Below are positions 18,532 through 27,305 of a DNA stretch of 64,000 bases, in pieces (positions within the stretch are counted from its first letter, which is position 1; every line of letters begins with the position of its first letter). The translations under genes and the position numbers were made by a program. The notes under the pieces were generated by a model. The model was not told the origin of the DNA. It did not search any database and saw only the letters and a program-made list of their open reading frames with translations. Origin of the DNA: an uncultured Eubacteriales bacterium (GTDB taxonomy: Bacteria; Bacillota; Clostridia; Oscillospirales; Acutalibacteraceae); contig CAZCQZ010000001.1 in NCBI GenBank assembly GCA_964500965.1, positions 58,168 through 122,167 on the forward strand, in the 5' to 3' direction.

Positions 18532-21117
18532 TTAGTCGTACAGTCCGCCCTCGATAAACTCGACGGTTATTACCGTGCCCTGGGCAACCTTTTCTCCAGC
18601 TTCAAGAGACTGACCTACCACAAGACCTGCGGTGCTGTTGTAGCCTGTTCCGGCGTAGCGGATATTCAGATTCGCATTTGTAACCGCTCTGTTCGCCTGT
18701 GAGGGTGACATTCCCGATAAATCCGGAACGGTTGTCATTTTCAGCCACGGTGTTGTGTTTTCATCGCTTGCGTTTTCCGACGCTTCCGCCTTTTCCGTGT
18801 CGCTGAGCGCATAGAGCACAACTGTGCTTCCTTTCGGAACGCTCTGACCTTCTCTGGGTATCTGCGCCGTTATTGTATCTCCGGAGCCTATAACTCTGCT
18901 TTTAAGCTCTTTGTCTTTCAAAAGCTCCTTTGCTTCACTTATTGTACGTCCTACCGTGTTCGGGGTCTGAACGTCAAGCAGTTCCACGTCCTGCGTACTG
19001 TAAATCGTATCAATTCCCAGATACGGCAAAACGTTGCTAAGCACAGTACGGCAAACCGGTGCGGCAATCGTACCGCCCGTATGTGCCGCCCCGTGAGGCT
19101 CATCAAGAAGCACCAGCATGACTATTTCCGGGTCATCGCTGGGAGCTATGGCGCAATACGATGCGATATATGACTTTACACCCGTTTCCGCCTGCTCCTG
19201 AATTTTTTCCGATGTACCGGTTTTGCCGCCTATGCGATACCCTGCGATATATCCGTTCTTGGCAGTACCGCCGCTGACGGTCTGCTCAAGCATGGAGTTT
19301 ACGGCTTTTGATGTACTTTCGGCTATTACCTGTCTCTTGGCAGTGTACTCGATGCGTTCCACTATATTGCCCTCGCTGTCCAGTATCTGGCTGACAACAT
19401 GAGGCTGCACCAGATAGCCGCCGTTTGCCACAGCCGATATAGCCGTTGCCATTTGTATGGGAGTCACCTTAAAGCTCTGTCCGAAAGAGCACACCGCAAG
19501 GGTATCCGATTCCTTTTCAAGTACTTTGACGCTGTGCATGATACCGCTGGCTTCGGCAGGCAGGTCTATACCCGTTTTCTCGGTAAGTCCGAATGCGGTG
19601 AAATACTGATAGAATCTTTCCGCGCCTATTCTGCTTGCAAGCTCCATAAACACCGGGTTGCACGAGTTCATCATGCCCTTTGTCAGACTCTCGCTGCCGT
19701 GTCCGTAAGTAGACGCGCATCGGATTTTTCTGCCGTTTACAACAGTATAGCCCCTGCAATAAAAGCTGGAATTGAGATTTGCCACGCCCTCCTCCAGTGC
19801 CGCAGACATGGTTATGGGCTTGAACACCGAGCCCGGCTCGTATGCGTCCGTTATGCACTTGTTTTTCCACTGTTCTTCCTGCGCGGCTTTCCGTGCTTCG
19901 TTCCTCTTATCTTTGTCACTTATTGCTTCTACCTTTGCGGCAGTGCGTTCGTCTTCAATTTCCTGAAAATTTGCCGGGTCATAGTCCGGAATAGTTGCCA
20001 TTGCAAGAATTTCACCGGTATTAACATTCATGATTATGCCGCAGGCTCGATTGCGGACGTCATTATCCTTAACCGCCTGCCTGAGGGCATCTTCAAGCCA
20101 TGCCTGTATATTCTGGTCTATAGTCAGCACAAGGCTGTTACCGTCCTGGGCATCTATCATTTTTTTGTTGCCGTAGGGCATTGCGGTATCCGCTTTGGCA
20201 TCGGTTGCCACTATCTGTCTGCCCGGCACTCCGCTGAGAGTTTCCTCATACTGCATTTCAAGCCCTGCCACGCCTATGCCGTCATAGTTTACAAAGCCCA
20301 GTACCGTTGATGCAAGATTGGTGTTTGAGCTTGCGTAATATCGCTCTGTCTCCTGCGTCATATATACGGCACTTGTAATCCGCTTTCCCTTTTCATCTGT
20401 CAAAAAGGCTTCTATGGCATCTTTTTTTGTCTTATCCGCCATTTTACTGAGAGAAATATCGGAGCTGTTAAGCTTCAATCTTTCGTATATGTATTCTTCG
20501 TCCAGCTCCAAAACCTCAGCAAGCATCTGCACTACCGAATCCTTTATTTCTTCGTCCAGCGCCGCTTTTTTTATCCACACTCTCCATGCGGTTCTGCTCT
20601 GCACAAGAGTCTGCATATTGGAATCGTAAATCGTTCCGCGCTTTGCTTTTATTTCCGAATCTCTATACTGCTGTTCGACTGCCTTTTGCTGCCAGCCCTC
20701 TCTGTCAAATATCTGGTTTTTGGCAAGTGCGAATATCGGGAAAACGGCAAGTATCGCCAAAATCAAAACCAGTATTACGCCTCTGCTTCTCATTGCGGAA
20801 TCAGAATATTTGGGGATTTTTTTCTTCTTTCTTTTTTTCAGATTTAGCTTTTTTCTAATACCGTCTTCAAATGAATCCATCAGATTGTCAATCCAATCTT
20901 CGCCGTTCGCGGATTTTCTTGTTCCCTCCGCAGCCGCACGTTCACGCCCCGGTCTTTCTCCCCTTTGCGGCATCGCATTTTGCCATTCCTCCGAAACGCT
21001 GTTTTTTGTTGCCGAGGTACGTTTTCCGCCGTTGTTATAGCTTCTGTCATGACTGCGCCTGCCCTGTGTCCCGGTGTGTGAATCGCGTCTTTTCCTTTCG
21101 CTGTCTCTTTCCGACAT
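18532..21117 (-). CDS. class B penicillin-binding protein (FtsI/SpoVD-like) with two C-terminal PASTA domains and a ~112-aa basic cytoplasmic tail
   Basis: SxxK (GSVFKP), SxN (NSCN) and KTG (GGKTGTS) motifs. Two PASTA-like repeats at the C-terminus. GGGAGG RBS. Confidence 0.92.
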   Translation of the reverse strand: MSERDSERKRRDSHTGTQGRRSHDRSYNNGGKRTSATKNSVSEEWQNAMPQRGERPGRERAAAEGTRKSANGEDWIDNLMDSFEDGIRKKLNLKKRKKKKIPKYSDSAMRSRGVILVLILAILAVFPIFALAKNQIFDREGWQQKAVEQQYRDSEIKAKRGTIYDSNMQTLVQSRTAWRVWIKKAALDEEIKDSVVQMLAEVLELDEEYIYERLKLNSSDISLSKMADKTKKDAIEAFLTDEKGKRITSAVYMTQETERYYASSNTNLASTVLGFVNYDGIGVAGLEMQYEETLSGVPGRQIVATDAKADTAMPYGNKKMIDAQDGNSLVLTIDQNIQAWLEDALRQAVKDNDVRNRACGIIMNVNTGEILAMATIPDYDPANFQEIEDERTAAKVEAISDKDKRNEARKAAQEEQWKNKCITDAYEPGSVFKPITMSAALEEGVANLNSSFYCRGYTVVNGRKIRCASTYGHGSESLTKGMMNSCNPVFMELASRIGAERFYQYFTAFGLTEKTGIDLPAEASGIMHSVKVLEKESDTLAVCSFGQSFKVTPIQMATAISAVANGGYLVQPHVVSQILDSEGNIVERIEYTAKRQVIAESTSKAVNSMLEQTVSGGTAKNGYIAGYRIGGKTGTSEKIQEQAETGVKSYIASYCAIAPSDDPEIVMLVLLDEPHGAAHTGGTIAAPVCRTVLSNVLPYLGIDTIYSTQDVELLDVQTPNTVGRTISEAKELLKDKELKSRVIGSGDTITAQIPREGQSVPKGSTVVLYALSDTEKAEASENASDENTTPWLKMTTVPDLSGMSPSQANRAVTNANLNIRYAGTGYNSTAGLVVGQSLEAGEKVAQGTVITVEFIEGGLYD

Positions 21118-21312
21118 TGTTTTTCTGCCTCCCTTATCCGCTAATCGTTCTCTTAATTATTTCATCAAATCGGAATAAAAGGAGAGCCAAGACCTCCTTT
21201 AAAAAATCTCGACTCTCTGCCAGTTAACTATTATCCGTGTTACCGATATGCCGAGCAGAGCTTCTTTTTGTATTTATACTGCTCCCTGCACACGATTATG
21301 TACCGTTTTGCC

Positions 21313-21849
21313 TCAGTTATTTCCCCAGCGGAAAATTGAGGAAGTTCCGTTGCCACAGTCCTCAAAGCTGTCGAAATTATTCAGTCTGAGACATTCTGTC
21401 TGGTTATTTTCGCGGCGCTGCATACCGAGCTTCTCTGTTGCATATTTCTCGATCGCCGCATCGCTCATCTTGCTGTCAAAGGTAATTTTCATCACCTCAT
21501 AATCCTGTTCAAGCATGGTAAGTTCGTCATTCAGGTCATCAATATCGTGATTTATACTGTTGACCGTCTCTCCGTTTGCAACCATTATTCCGACCAGCAC
21601 AATAAATACAGATGCAATCAACGCAACCGTTGCCACACGAAGCTTTCCGTATTTATCGGTAATGGTCGCCGTCTTATTATGATGCTTGACATATCTTACC
21701 TGTTCTTCCCGTCTTCTCTCATTCTCGCGGCGGCTACGTTCCTCCTGCTTTGCCTCGCTTTCCCGCAAAATCTTTTCGGTTCTTTCAAAAAAATCAAAAT
21801 CATATTTTTCAGCAGCGCTTCCCTTGCTGTAATATTCGCCGGTCTGCAT
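21313..21849 (-). CDS. FtsL-like bitopic division protein with a long charged N-terminal tail
   Basis: 178 aa with a single TM (VATVALIASVFIVLVGIMV) followed by a coiled-coil segment (IDDLNDELTMLEQDYEV). It sits at the ftsL position between rsmH and the PBP. AAAGGGG RBS. Confidence 0.55.
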   Translation of the reverse strand: MQTGEYYSKGSAAEKYDFDFFERTEKILRESEAKQEERSRRENERRREEQVRYVKHHNKTATITDKYGKLRVATVALIASVFIVLVGIMVANGETVNSINHDIDDLNDELTMLEQDYEVMKITFDSKMSDAAIEKYATEKLGMQRRENNQTECLRLNNFDSFEDCGNGTSSIFRWGNN

Positions 21850-22001
21850 TTTCCTTTGCCCCTTTCATATCTCGTTCCCGTATTCTTGTCTCACAGGTTT
21901 TCGGCTCTGCATCAGAGCTTTTCTTCAAACAATCACATCTGTTAAAAATCACAATGTGGCGGTTTTTCCTGATTTATGTAAATTATATTACGGTAAACTA
22001 A

Positions 22002-22964
22002 TTATGTCAATAGTGTTTTTCGTTTTTTTGCAACTCTCAGTTTGCTGCTTCTGCTTCTGGGATTCGTTTCAAGCTCGCTTTCCGAGGGTGCAATCGGTTT
22101 ACGTGTGACAAGCTCCGCAAGCGGTTTTTTGCCGCATACGCATACCGGAAATTCCGGTGGACATGTACAGCCCTTGCACCATTCTGCCATTTGACGCTTA
22201 ACAATTCTGTCCTCAAGCGAATGGAATGTAATCACAGCAAGCCTTCCGTCGGCTTCAAGCAGCTCAAACGCGGATTTAAGCCCACGCTCAAGCACTCCCA
22301 GCTCGTCATTTACGGCTATCCGCAATGCCTGAAAGGTTTTTCTTGCCGGGTGGCCGTCGCGCCGTGCCGCCGCCGGAACGGCACTGCACACAATCTCCGC
22401 AAGCTGTAAGGTCGTTGTAATCGGAGCGATTTCTCTTTGCTCGCAAATTTTTTTCGCTATTTTCACGGAAAACTTTTCTTCTCCGTACTTTGTAAATATC
22501 TCAGCCAACTTCTGCCACGACTGCGTTGCCACAATATCCGCCGCGCTTATTCCGCTTTGGCTCATGCGCATGTCAAGAGGCGCATCGTTATGATATGAGA
22601 AGCCGCGTTCGGCGCAGTCAAGCTGATGGGAGGAAACGCCGATGTCGAGCAGAACTCCGTTACAGCTCTCAAAGCCTGCTTCGGCAAGGGCGTTTTTTAT
22701 GTTTTCAAAATTACTGCGCACTATTTTTACGCGACTGTCATTTTTAAATCTTTCAGTCACCGCCGTTATTGCATCGGGGTCCTGGTCAATACAAACCAGT
22801 CTGCCCTTTTCGGAAAGGCGTGAAAGAATCGCGGCACTGTGTCCGCCTCCGCCGGCTGTTCCGTCAACATATACGCCGTCCGGTGTGTACACAAGATTTT
22901 CCACGGTTTCATTCAAGAGCACGGGGCGATGTGAAAAGCCTGTATTATTAAGTGATTCAGTCAT
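22002..22964 (-). CDS. rsmH: 16S rRNA (cytosine1402-N4)-methyltransferase
   Basis: HRPVLLNE ... DGTAGGGGHS SAM motif. ATG at 22964. The track uses a TTG at 22976. Neither candidate has a strong RBS. Confidence 0.9.
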   Translation of the reverse strand: MTESLNNTGFSHRPVLLNETVENLVYTPDGVYVDGTAGGGGHSAAILSRLSEKGRLVCIDQDPDAITAVTERFKNDSRVKIVRSNFENIKNALAEAGFESCNGVLLDIGVSSHQLDCAERGFSYHNDAPLDMRMSQSGISAADIVATQSWQKLAEIFTKYGEEKFSVKIAKKICEQREIAPITTTLQLAEIVCSAVPAAARRDGHPARKTFQALRIAVNDELGVLERGLKSAFELLEADGRLAVITFHSLEDRIVKRQMAEWCKGCTCPPEFPVCVCGKKPLAELVTRKPIAPSESELETNPRSRSSKLRVAKKRKTLLT

Positions 22965-22979
22965 AATTTCAACCAATTA

Positions 22980-23396
22980 TCATATATTTAAATCTGTAAG
23001 CCGCTGTTTTTCTTCTTTCGGCGTAAGCGGCGGATTGTCAAGCTCATATTTTTCGGGATTCCAAAACTCCACGCAATCCAGCATACCTACTATTTTTACT
23101 TTGTCGGTTATCTGGGCGTGCGCTCTCAACGCTTCCGTAAGCATTATTCTGCCCTGTGAATCCATTTCAAGGCACATTGCGCCTGCGCAAATCGCCCTCT
23201 TTAAATCGTCCGCTTCCGAGGTGGCTTCATTAAATGCGTTTACATAACGATTCCAGTTTGCTGCGGTGTGTGCTCTGATGCTTCCGTTGGCTCGTCTTGT
23301 TACAACAAATTCATTGCCCAATTCATTTCGGTACTTTGCAGGTATGAAAACTCTGCCTTTTGCATCGACATTATGGATAAATTCGCCTATCAGCAC
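22980..23396 (-). CDS. mraZ: transcriptional regulator MraZ
   Basis: Two SpoVT/AbrB-like halves, each with a D-x-x-GR motif (DAKGRVFIPAKYR and DSQGRIMLTEAL). The GTG at 23396 gives MLIGEF, which matches typical MraZ N-termini and sits 5 nt after GGGGGTG. The track start at 23405 lies inside the RBS. Confidence 0.9.
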   Translation of the reverse strand: MLIGEFIHNVDAKGRVFIPAKYRNELGNEFVVTRRANGSIRAHTAANWNRYVNAFNEATSEADDLKRAICAGAMCLEMDSQGRIMLTEALRAHAQITDKVKIVGMLDCVEFWNPEKYELDNPPLTPKEEKQRLTDLNI

Positions 23397-23450
23397 CGGG
23401 CACACCCCCTTTCACAAATTTTTATCAAAAGTGGTCTTTTTAGGGGCTCA

Positions 23451-23511
23451 CCGCCACTTCACTACCACTTCACTGGTCGATTACTGATTTCGCACTCCAC
23501 TTTGCCCCACC
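23451..23511 (-). promoter_or_regulatory. putative MraZ operator: phased [A/G]AAGTGG / GTGGGG boxes in the mraZ leader
   Basis: Minus-strand reading gives GGTGGGG-c-AAAGTGG ... GTGAAGTGGta GTGAAGTGGcg GTGAG. The tandem unit has an 11-nt period, and AAAGTGG lies 32 nt upstream of the first GAAGTGG. Confidence 0.5.
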
Positions 23512-23519
23512 GTGCTTTC

Positions 23520-23548
23520 ATTATAGTCACTTCTTCCGCGAATTTCAA
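23520..23548 (-). promoter_or_regulatory. sigma-A type promoter of the dcw cluster (Pmra)
   Basis: TTGAAA-17 nt-TATAAT on the minus strand, with A/T-rich DNA upstream. Confidence 0.6.
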
Positions 23549-23630
23549 CACCATATTTTTCCATTTATTATGTAAAACGGCGTTTTTTATTATCGCAACT
23601 TTCTTTATTTTTGAATTATTTGTAGGCATA

Positions 23631-23668
23631 ACAATACCCGACCACTAAATATGGTGGTCGGGTATTGT
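23631..23668 (-). terminator. hairpin downstream of the 23722..24216 gene (possible terminator; no U-tract)
   Basis: ACAATACCCGACCAC-8 nt-GTGGTCGGGTATTGT: a perfect 15-bp stem with no T-run on either strand. Confidence 0.35.
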
Positions 23669-23721
23669 TCTCATTGTGAAATACTGACAAATATTTTAGA
23701 AAAATTTCTACATTTCAATCA

Positions 23722-24216
23722 TTAGTCGTCAGAGCCGCTATCATTGCTTTCATAATCTGCCGCTTTTTGCGCCGCCATAAGATTCTGACGTGCTCTGCGA
23801 AGCTCGTTAAGGCACTGGCTCATACAATCCTCGGTTTGGCGCAGACGTTTTTCCGCAAAATCCCGTGCGCCTTTCCTTATGTCGTGGGAAGCGGCAATCG
23901 CCTTTGCTTTCTTTTCTTCCGCACGCCTATTGGCTTCGCGGACTATCTCCTCCTGCTCAACCATGCGACGGGCGCGTTCCTCCGCCTTGCGGACAATACT
24001 GTCCGCCTCCCTCTCTGCATCATTGATAATTCCGCTGCGGTTTTTCACAATAGCCTGTGCTTTTCTCAATTCATCGGGGAGCGCGGAGCGCATATTCGTT
24101 GCAATGTTGCGGAGCTCGTTAGCATCAATCATGACACGTCCGCCGCTCATAAGAACCGGCTTGGCTTTATCCAGCATTACTTCGATTTCTTCAATCAGTT
24201 CTTCGACACTTTTCAT
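23722..24216 (-). CDS. coiled-coil protein, hypothetical (resembles ATP-synthase b/E-type heptad-rich proteins)
   Basis: 164 aa, strongly charged and helical (AEREADSIVRKAEERARRMVEQEEIVREANRRAEEKKAKA). 4 nt after the coaD stop. Confidence 0.6.
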   Translation of the reverse strand: MKSVEELIEEIEVMLDKAKPVLMSGGRVMIDANELRNIATNMRSALPDELRKAQAIVKNRSGIINDAEREADSIVRKAEERARRMVEQEEIVREANRRAEEKKAKAIAASHDIRKGARDFAEKRLRQTEDCMSQCLNELRRARQNLMAAQKAADYESNDSGSDD

Positions 24217-24220
24217 TTTC

Positions 24221-24709
24221 TCAATTCTCCTTTGCTCCTAATCTTTTTGCAATTTTTTCACACAAATCCTCAGGCACAAAGCTTGAAATATCGCCGCCGA
24301 AGCTGGCAATCTGCTTAACGACGCTTGACGACAGGAACATATTCTCCGCGCTTGTTGTGAGGAACATCGTTTCCACTTCCGGATTGAGTTTTCTGTTTGC
24401 CAAAGCCATCTGAAATTCATATTCAAAATCGGAAACCGCTCTTAATCCCTTGACGATAACATTTGCATTTAGCTCCTCGGCAAGGTCGGCAAGAAGTCCG
24501 TCATGACAAATAACCTCGACATTTTCAAGATGACCCGTCACGCTTTTAATCATTTCAACGCGCTCCGTATCCGAAAAAACCGCACTTTTGCGCGGATTGT
24601 GGAGCACTGCAACGACCACTCTGTCAAATATTTTCGATGCTCGGTTGATAATATCAAGATGCCCGATTGTAACCGGGTCAAAGCTGCCCGGACAGATTGC
24701 CGTTCTCAT
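24221..24709 (-). CDS. coaD: phosphopantetheine adenylyltransferase
   Basis: AICPGSFDPVTIGHLDII (T/HxGH nucleotidyltransferase motif). 162 aa. Confidence 0.93.
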   Translation of the reverse strand: MRTAICPGSFDPVTIGHLDIINRASKIFDRVVVAVLHNPRKSAVFSDTERVEMIKSVTGHLENVEVICHDGLLADLAEELNANVIVKGLRAVSDFEYEFQMALANRKLNPEVETMFLTTSAENMFLSSSVVKQIASFGGDISSFVPEDLCEKIAKRLGAKEN

Positions 24710-24716
24710 AATTCAC

Positions 24717-25274
24717 CTATCCTTTTACCGTCTTTCTGCGGTACATGGTAATTTTAATTTTTCCGTATGCATATGTCTTGTCGATAACAAAATCGACGCT
24801 TCCCTTAAAGCTCTCAGGCAGGACACGTTCTTTCGGTGTTTCCACACAAACGGTTCCCGTCACCGACATATGTTCAACCGCTGCCTGAATAAAACTGTCC
24901 AGTCTCTCGTCCGCATAAGGAGGGTCAATAAAAGCAATATCGAACAGCTCGCCGCTGTTTTTCAAATAGCTCAGCGATTCCGTCTGCACAACCCTTGAAC
25001 GGTCTTCAAATCCGCAGGCGGCAATATTTTCGCGGACAACCGCCGCTGCCTTCGGGGACTGCTCCAGAAACAGTGCGCTTGAGGCTCCTCTGCTCAACGC
25101 TTCAAGCCCAAGCTGACCGCTGCCGGCGAACATATCCAGCACTCGCCTGCCCTCCATTGAAAATTGCAGAGCGGAAAACAAGCCCTCTTTTACTCTTTCG
25201 GCGGTAGGTCTTACGTCCAGATTTTCCAGTGTTTTAAGCCGTCTGCCTCTTGCCGTGCCTGTTATGATTCTCAT
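24717..25274 (-). CDS. rsmD: 16S rRNA (guanine966-N2)-methyltransferase
   Basis: MRIITGTARGRRLKT N-terminus and DPPY motif (FIDPPYA). 185 aa. Confidence 0.9.
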   Translation of the reverse strand: MRIITGTARGRRLKTLENLDVRPTAERVKEGLFSALQFSMEGRRVLDMFAGSGQLGLEALSRGASSALFLEQSPKAAAVVRENIAACGFEDRSRVVQTESLSYLKNSGELFDIAFIDPPYADERLDSFIQAAVEHMSVTGTVCVETPKERVLPESFKGSVDFVIDKTYAYGKIKITMYRRKTVKG

Positions 25275-25358
25275 AATCTTACTTCTCCTTTGGTTACATA
25301 ACTCATGTTAACACAAACTTATTTAGTTGTAAAGTGTCAATATTATGTTTATCTGATT

Positions 25359-27194
25359 TTATTTTACGGCGTTTTCGTGATAGGCATTATAAACCGCCTG
25401 CGCCGCCGCTTTCGTCATTCCGGGTACCGCCGCCAGCTCCTCCTCGGATGCGTTTTTTACGGCGGTTATTGTTTTGAAATGCTTCAGCAGTGCCTTTGCT
25501 CTTGCTTCGCCTATTCCATCTATGGCTGTCAGCGATGAACCTGTTATTTTCTTTGCTCTGGTTTTTCTGTGATAGGTTATGGCGAAGCGGTGTACCTCCT
25601 CCTGAATTGTGCCTATGAGCGTAAACACCTGACGGTTTTTGGCAATCGAAACCTCATCGCCCATGGACGAAACCGCTCGTGTGCGGTGCTTTGAATCCTT
25701 TACCATTCCGAAAACCGGAATATCAAGATCGTAGGCTTCAACTATCGGCTTGACCGCCGCCACGTGCTGCTGTCCGCCGTCAAGAAGAATCAGGTCCGGC
25801 AACGTTCCGAATCCCTCCTCGCCCTTGTGTGCAAAATATTCTTCGATTCGACGTGTTATGACCTCTCGCATTGAGCCGTAATCGTCCTGCCCCTCAAAGC
25901 CTTTGATTTTAAATTTTCTGTAGGCACTTTTAAGTGGCTTTCCGTCACGAAAAACTACCATGCCGGCAACGTTCGCTTCACCTGCCGTGTTTGAAATATC
26001 ATAGGATTCGATATATTCCGGTGCTTTCGGCAGTCCCAGCATACGCATCAGGTCATCGAGGGTTTCGGTCATATCTCCGAATTTGCCACGCATTATCGAC
26101 AAATGCTCGGCGGCGTTGCGACGGCACATTGCAACAAGCTCCACCTGCTCCCCTCTCATCGGTACGCTTATCGTCACCTTTTTCCCTTTCTTATCCGTCA
26201 GCCACCTTTCAAGCAGTTCCGATTTCTCCGGTTTCATGTCAATTGCTATTCTCGGTGCGATGCGCTCACGGGTGCTGTAGTATCTTGTCAAAAACTCACT
26301 GCGCAGTGTTTCCGGTGCAGGCGGTTCTTCAAAGATAAAGTGCTCACGCTCGTACAATCGCCCTCCGTAATATCTCATCACTTCTATACAGGCAGTATTA
26401 CCCGATGAAGCTACCGCTATGACGTCCTGCTCCTCGACTTTTGCCATTACAACCTTTTGCTTTTCGCGTATTCGCCGTATTGCGGATATTCTGTCGCGAA
26501 GCTTCGCCGCCTTTTCAAATTCAAGGTTTTCAGCGCACTCCTCCATTTGCGCGGTCAACAGCTTAACCGTTGTATCGGCATCGGAACGCAAAAAATCAAC
26601 AGCCTGCGAAAGCGCCTCGCCGTATTCCTCTCGGCTTATCTTCCCTCTGCACACTCCCATGCACTGTTTTATCGAATAATTAAGGCACGGTCTGCCCTTT
26701 CCGAAATCTCGCGGAAACTTTTTGTTACATGTCGGCAAAAGAAATATTTTACACGCCTCGTCAACCGCTTCACGCACCATTGCTCCCGATGTATAAGGTC
26801 CTATATACTGCGCTCCGTCATCTTCCGTTCTGCGCACCATTTTGATTCTGGGGTAATCCTCATCGGAAATACGCACATAGCTGTAGCCCTTATCGTCCTT
26901 TAAGAGAATATTGTACCTCGGTGAATGCTGCTTTATCAGAGAACACTCCAGCACCAGTGCCTCATATTCGGAATCGGTCACAATATAGTCGAAATCTTCC
27001 ACGTTTTCAACCATACGGCGCACCTTGACCGTATGGTTTTCCTGTGAGCCGAAATACTGACTGACCCTGTTTTTCAGTGCCTTTGCTTTTCCTATATATA
27101 TGATTTCCTTTTTGGCGTTTTTCATAATATAAACGCCGGGGCGAAGCGGCAATGACATCGCCTTTTTGCGCAATGCTTTTATGTCGTGGCTCAT
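25359..27194 (-). CDS. uvrC: excinuclease ABC subunit C
   Basis: GIY-YIG module (PGVYIMKNAKKEIIYIGKAKALKNRVSQY), a UVR domain and a C-terminal (HhH)2. 611 aa. GGAGGC RBS. Confidence 0.95.
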   Translation of the reverse strand: MSHDIKALRKKAMSLPLRPGVYIMKNAKKEIIYIGKAKALKNRVSQYFGSQENHTVKVRRMVENVEDFDYIVTDSEYEALVLECSLIKQHSPRYNILLKDDKGYSYVRISDEDYPRIKMVRRTEDDGAQYIGPYTSGAMVREAVDEACKIFLLPTCNKKFPRDFGKGRPCLNYSIKQCMGVCRGKISREEYGEALSQAVDFLRSDADTTVKLLTAQMEECAENLEFEKAAKLRDRISAIRRIREKQKVVMAKVEEQDVIAVASSGNTACIEVMRYYGGRLYEREHFIFEEPPAPETLRSEFLTRYYSTRERIAPRIAIDMKPEKSELLERWLTDKKGKKVTISVPMRGEQVELVAMCRRNAAEHLSIMRGKFGDMTETLDDLMRMLGLPKAPEYIESYDISNTAGEANVAGMVVFRDGKPLKSAYRKFKIKGFEGQDDYGSMREVITRRIEEYFAHKGEEGFGTLPDLILLDGGQQHVAAVKPIVEAYDLDIPVFGMVKDSKHRTRAVSSMGDEVSIAKNRQVFTLIGTIQEEVHRFAITYHRKTRAKKITGSSLTAIDGIGEARAKALLKHFKTITAVKNASEEELAAVPGMTKAAAQAVYNAYHENAVK

Positions 27195-27305
27195 ATTTGC
27201 CTCCGTTTATCTTCAAATAAGCAGGACATATTCTGTTCAAGTCATATTCTACATTATTTTGAGCAAAATGTATATATGAAAATTCTCCTCAAAGGAACTG
27301 ATATA

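Noticed and set aside
27224-27238. Possible LexA/DinR box upstream of uvrC (GGACATATTCTGTTC).
   Set aside because: The Gram-positive SOS box is GAAC-N4-GTTC. Here the half-sites are 7 nt apart and the left half is GGAC, so it is not a match.
27186-27305. N-terminal 40-codon extension of the ABC ATPase ORF overlapping the uvrC start. Similar track over-extensions occur at 33397, 37285, 42697, 60506, 61830, 8190, 10829 and 32181.
   Set aside because: The extensions lack RBSs, overlap neighbouring genes or promoters, and precede internal starts that have good RBSs and family-typical N-termini.
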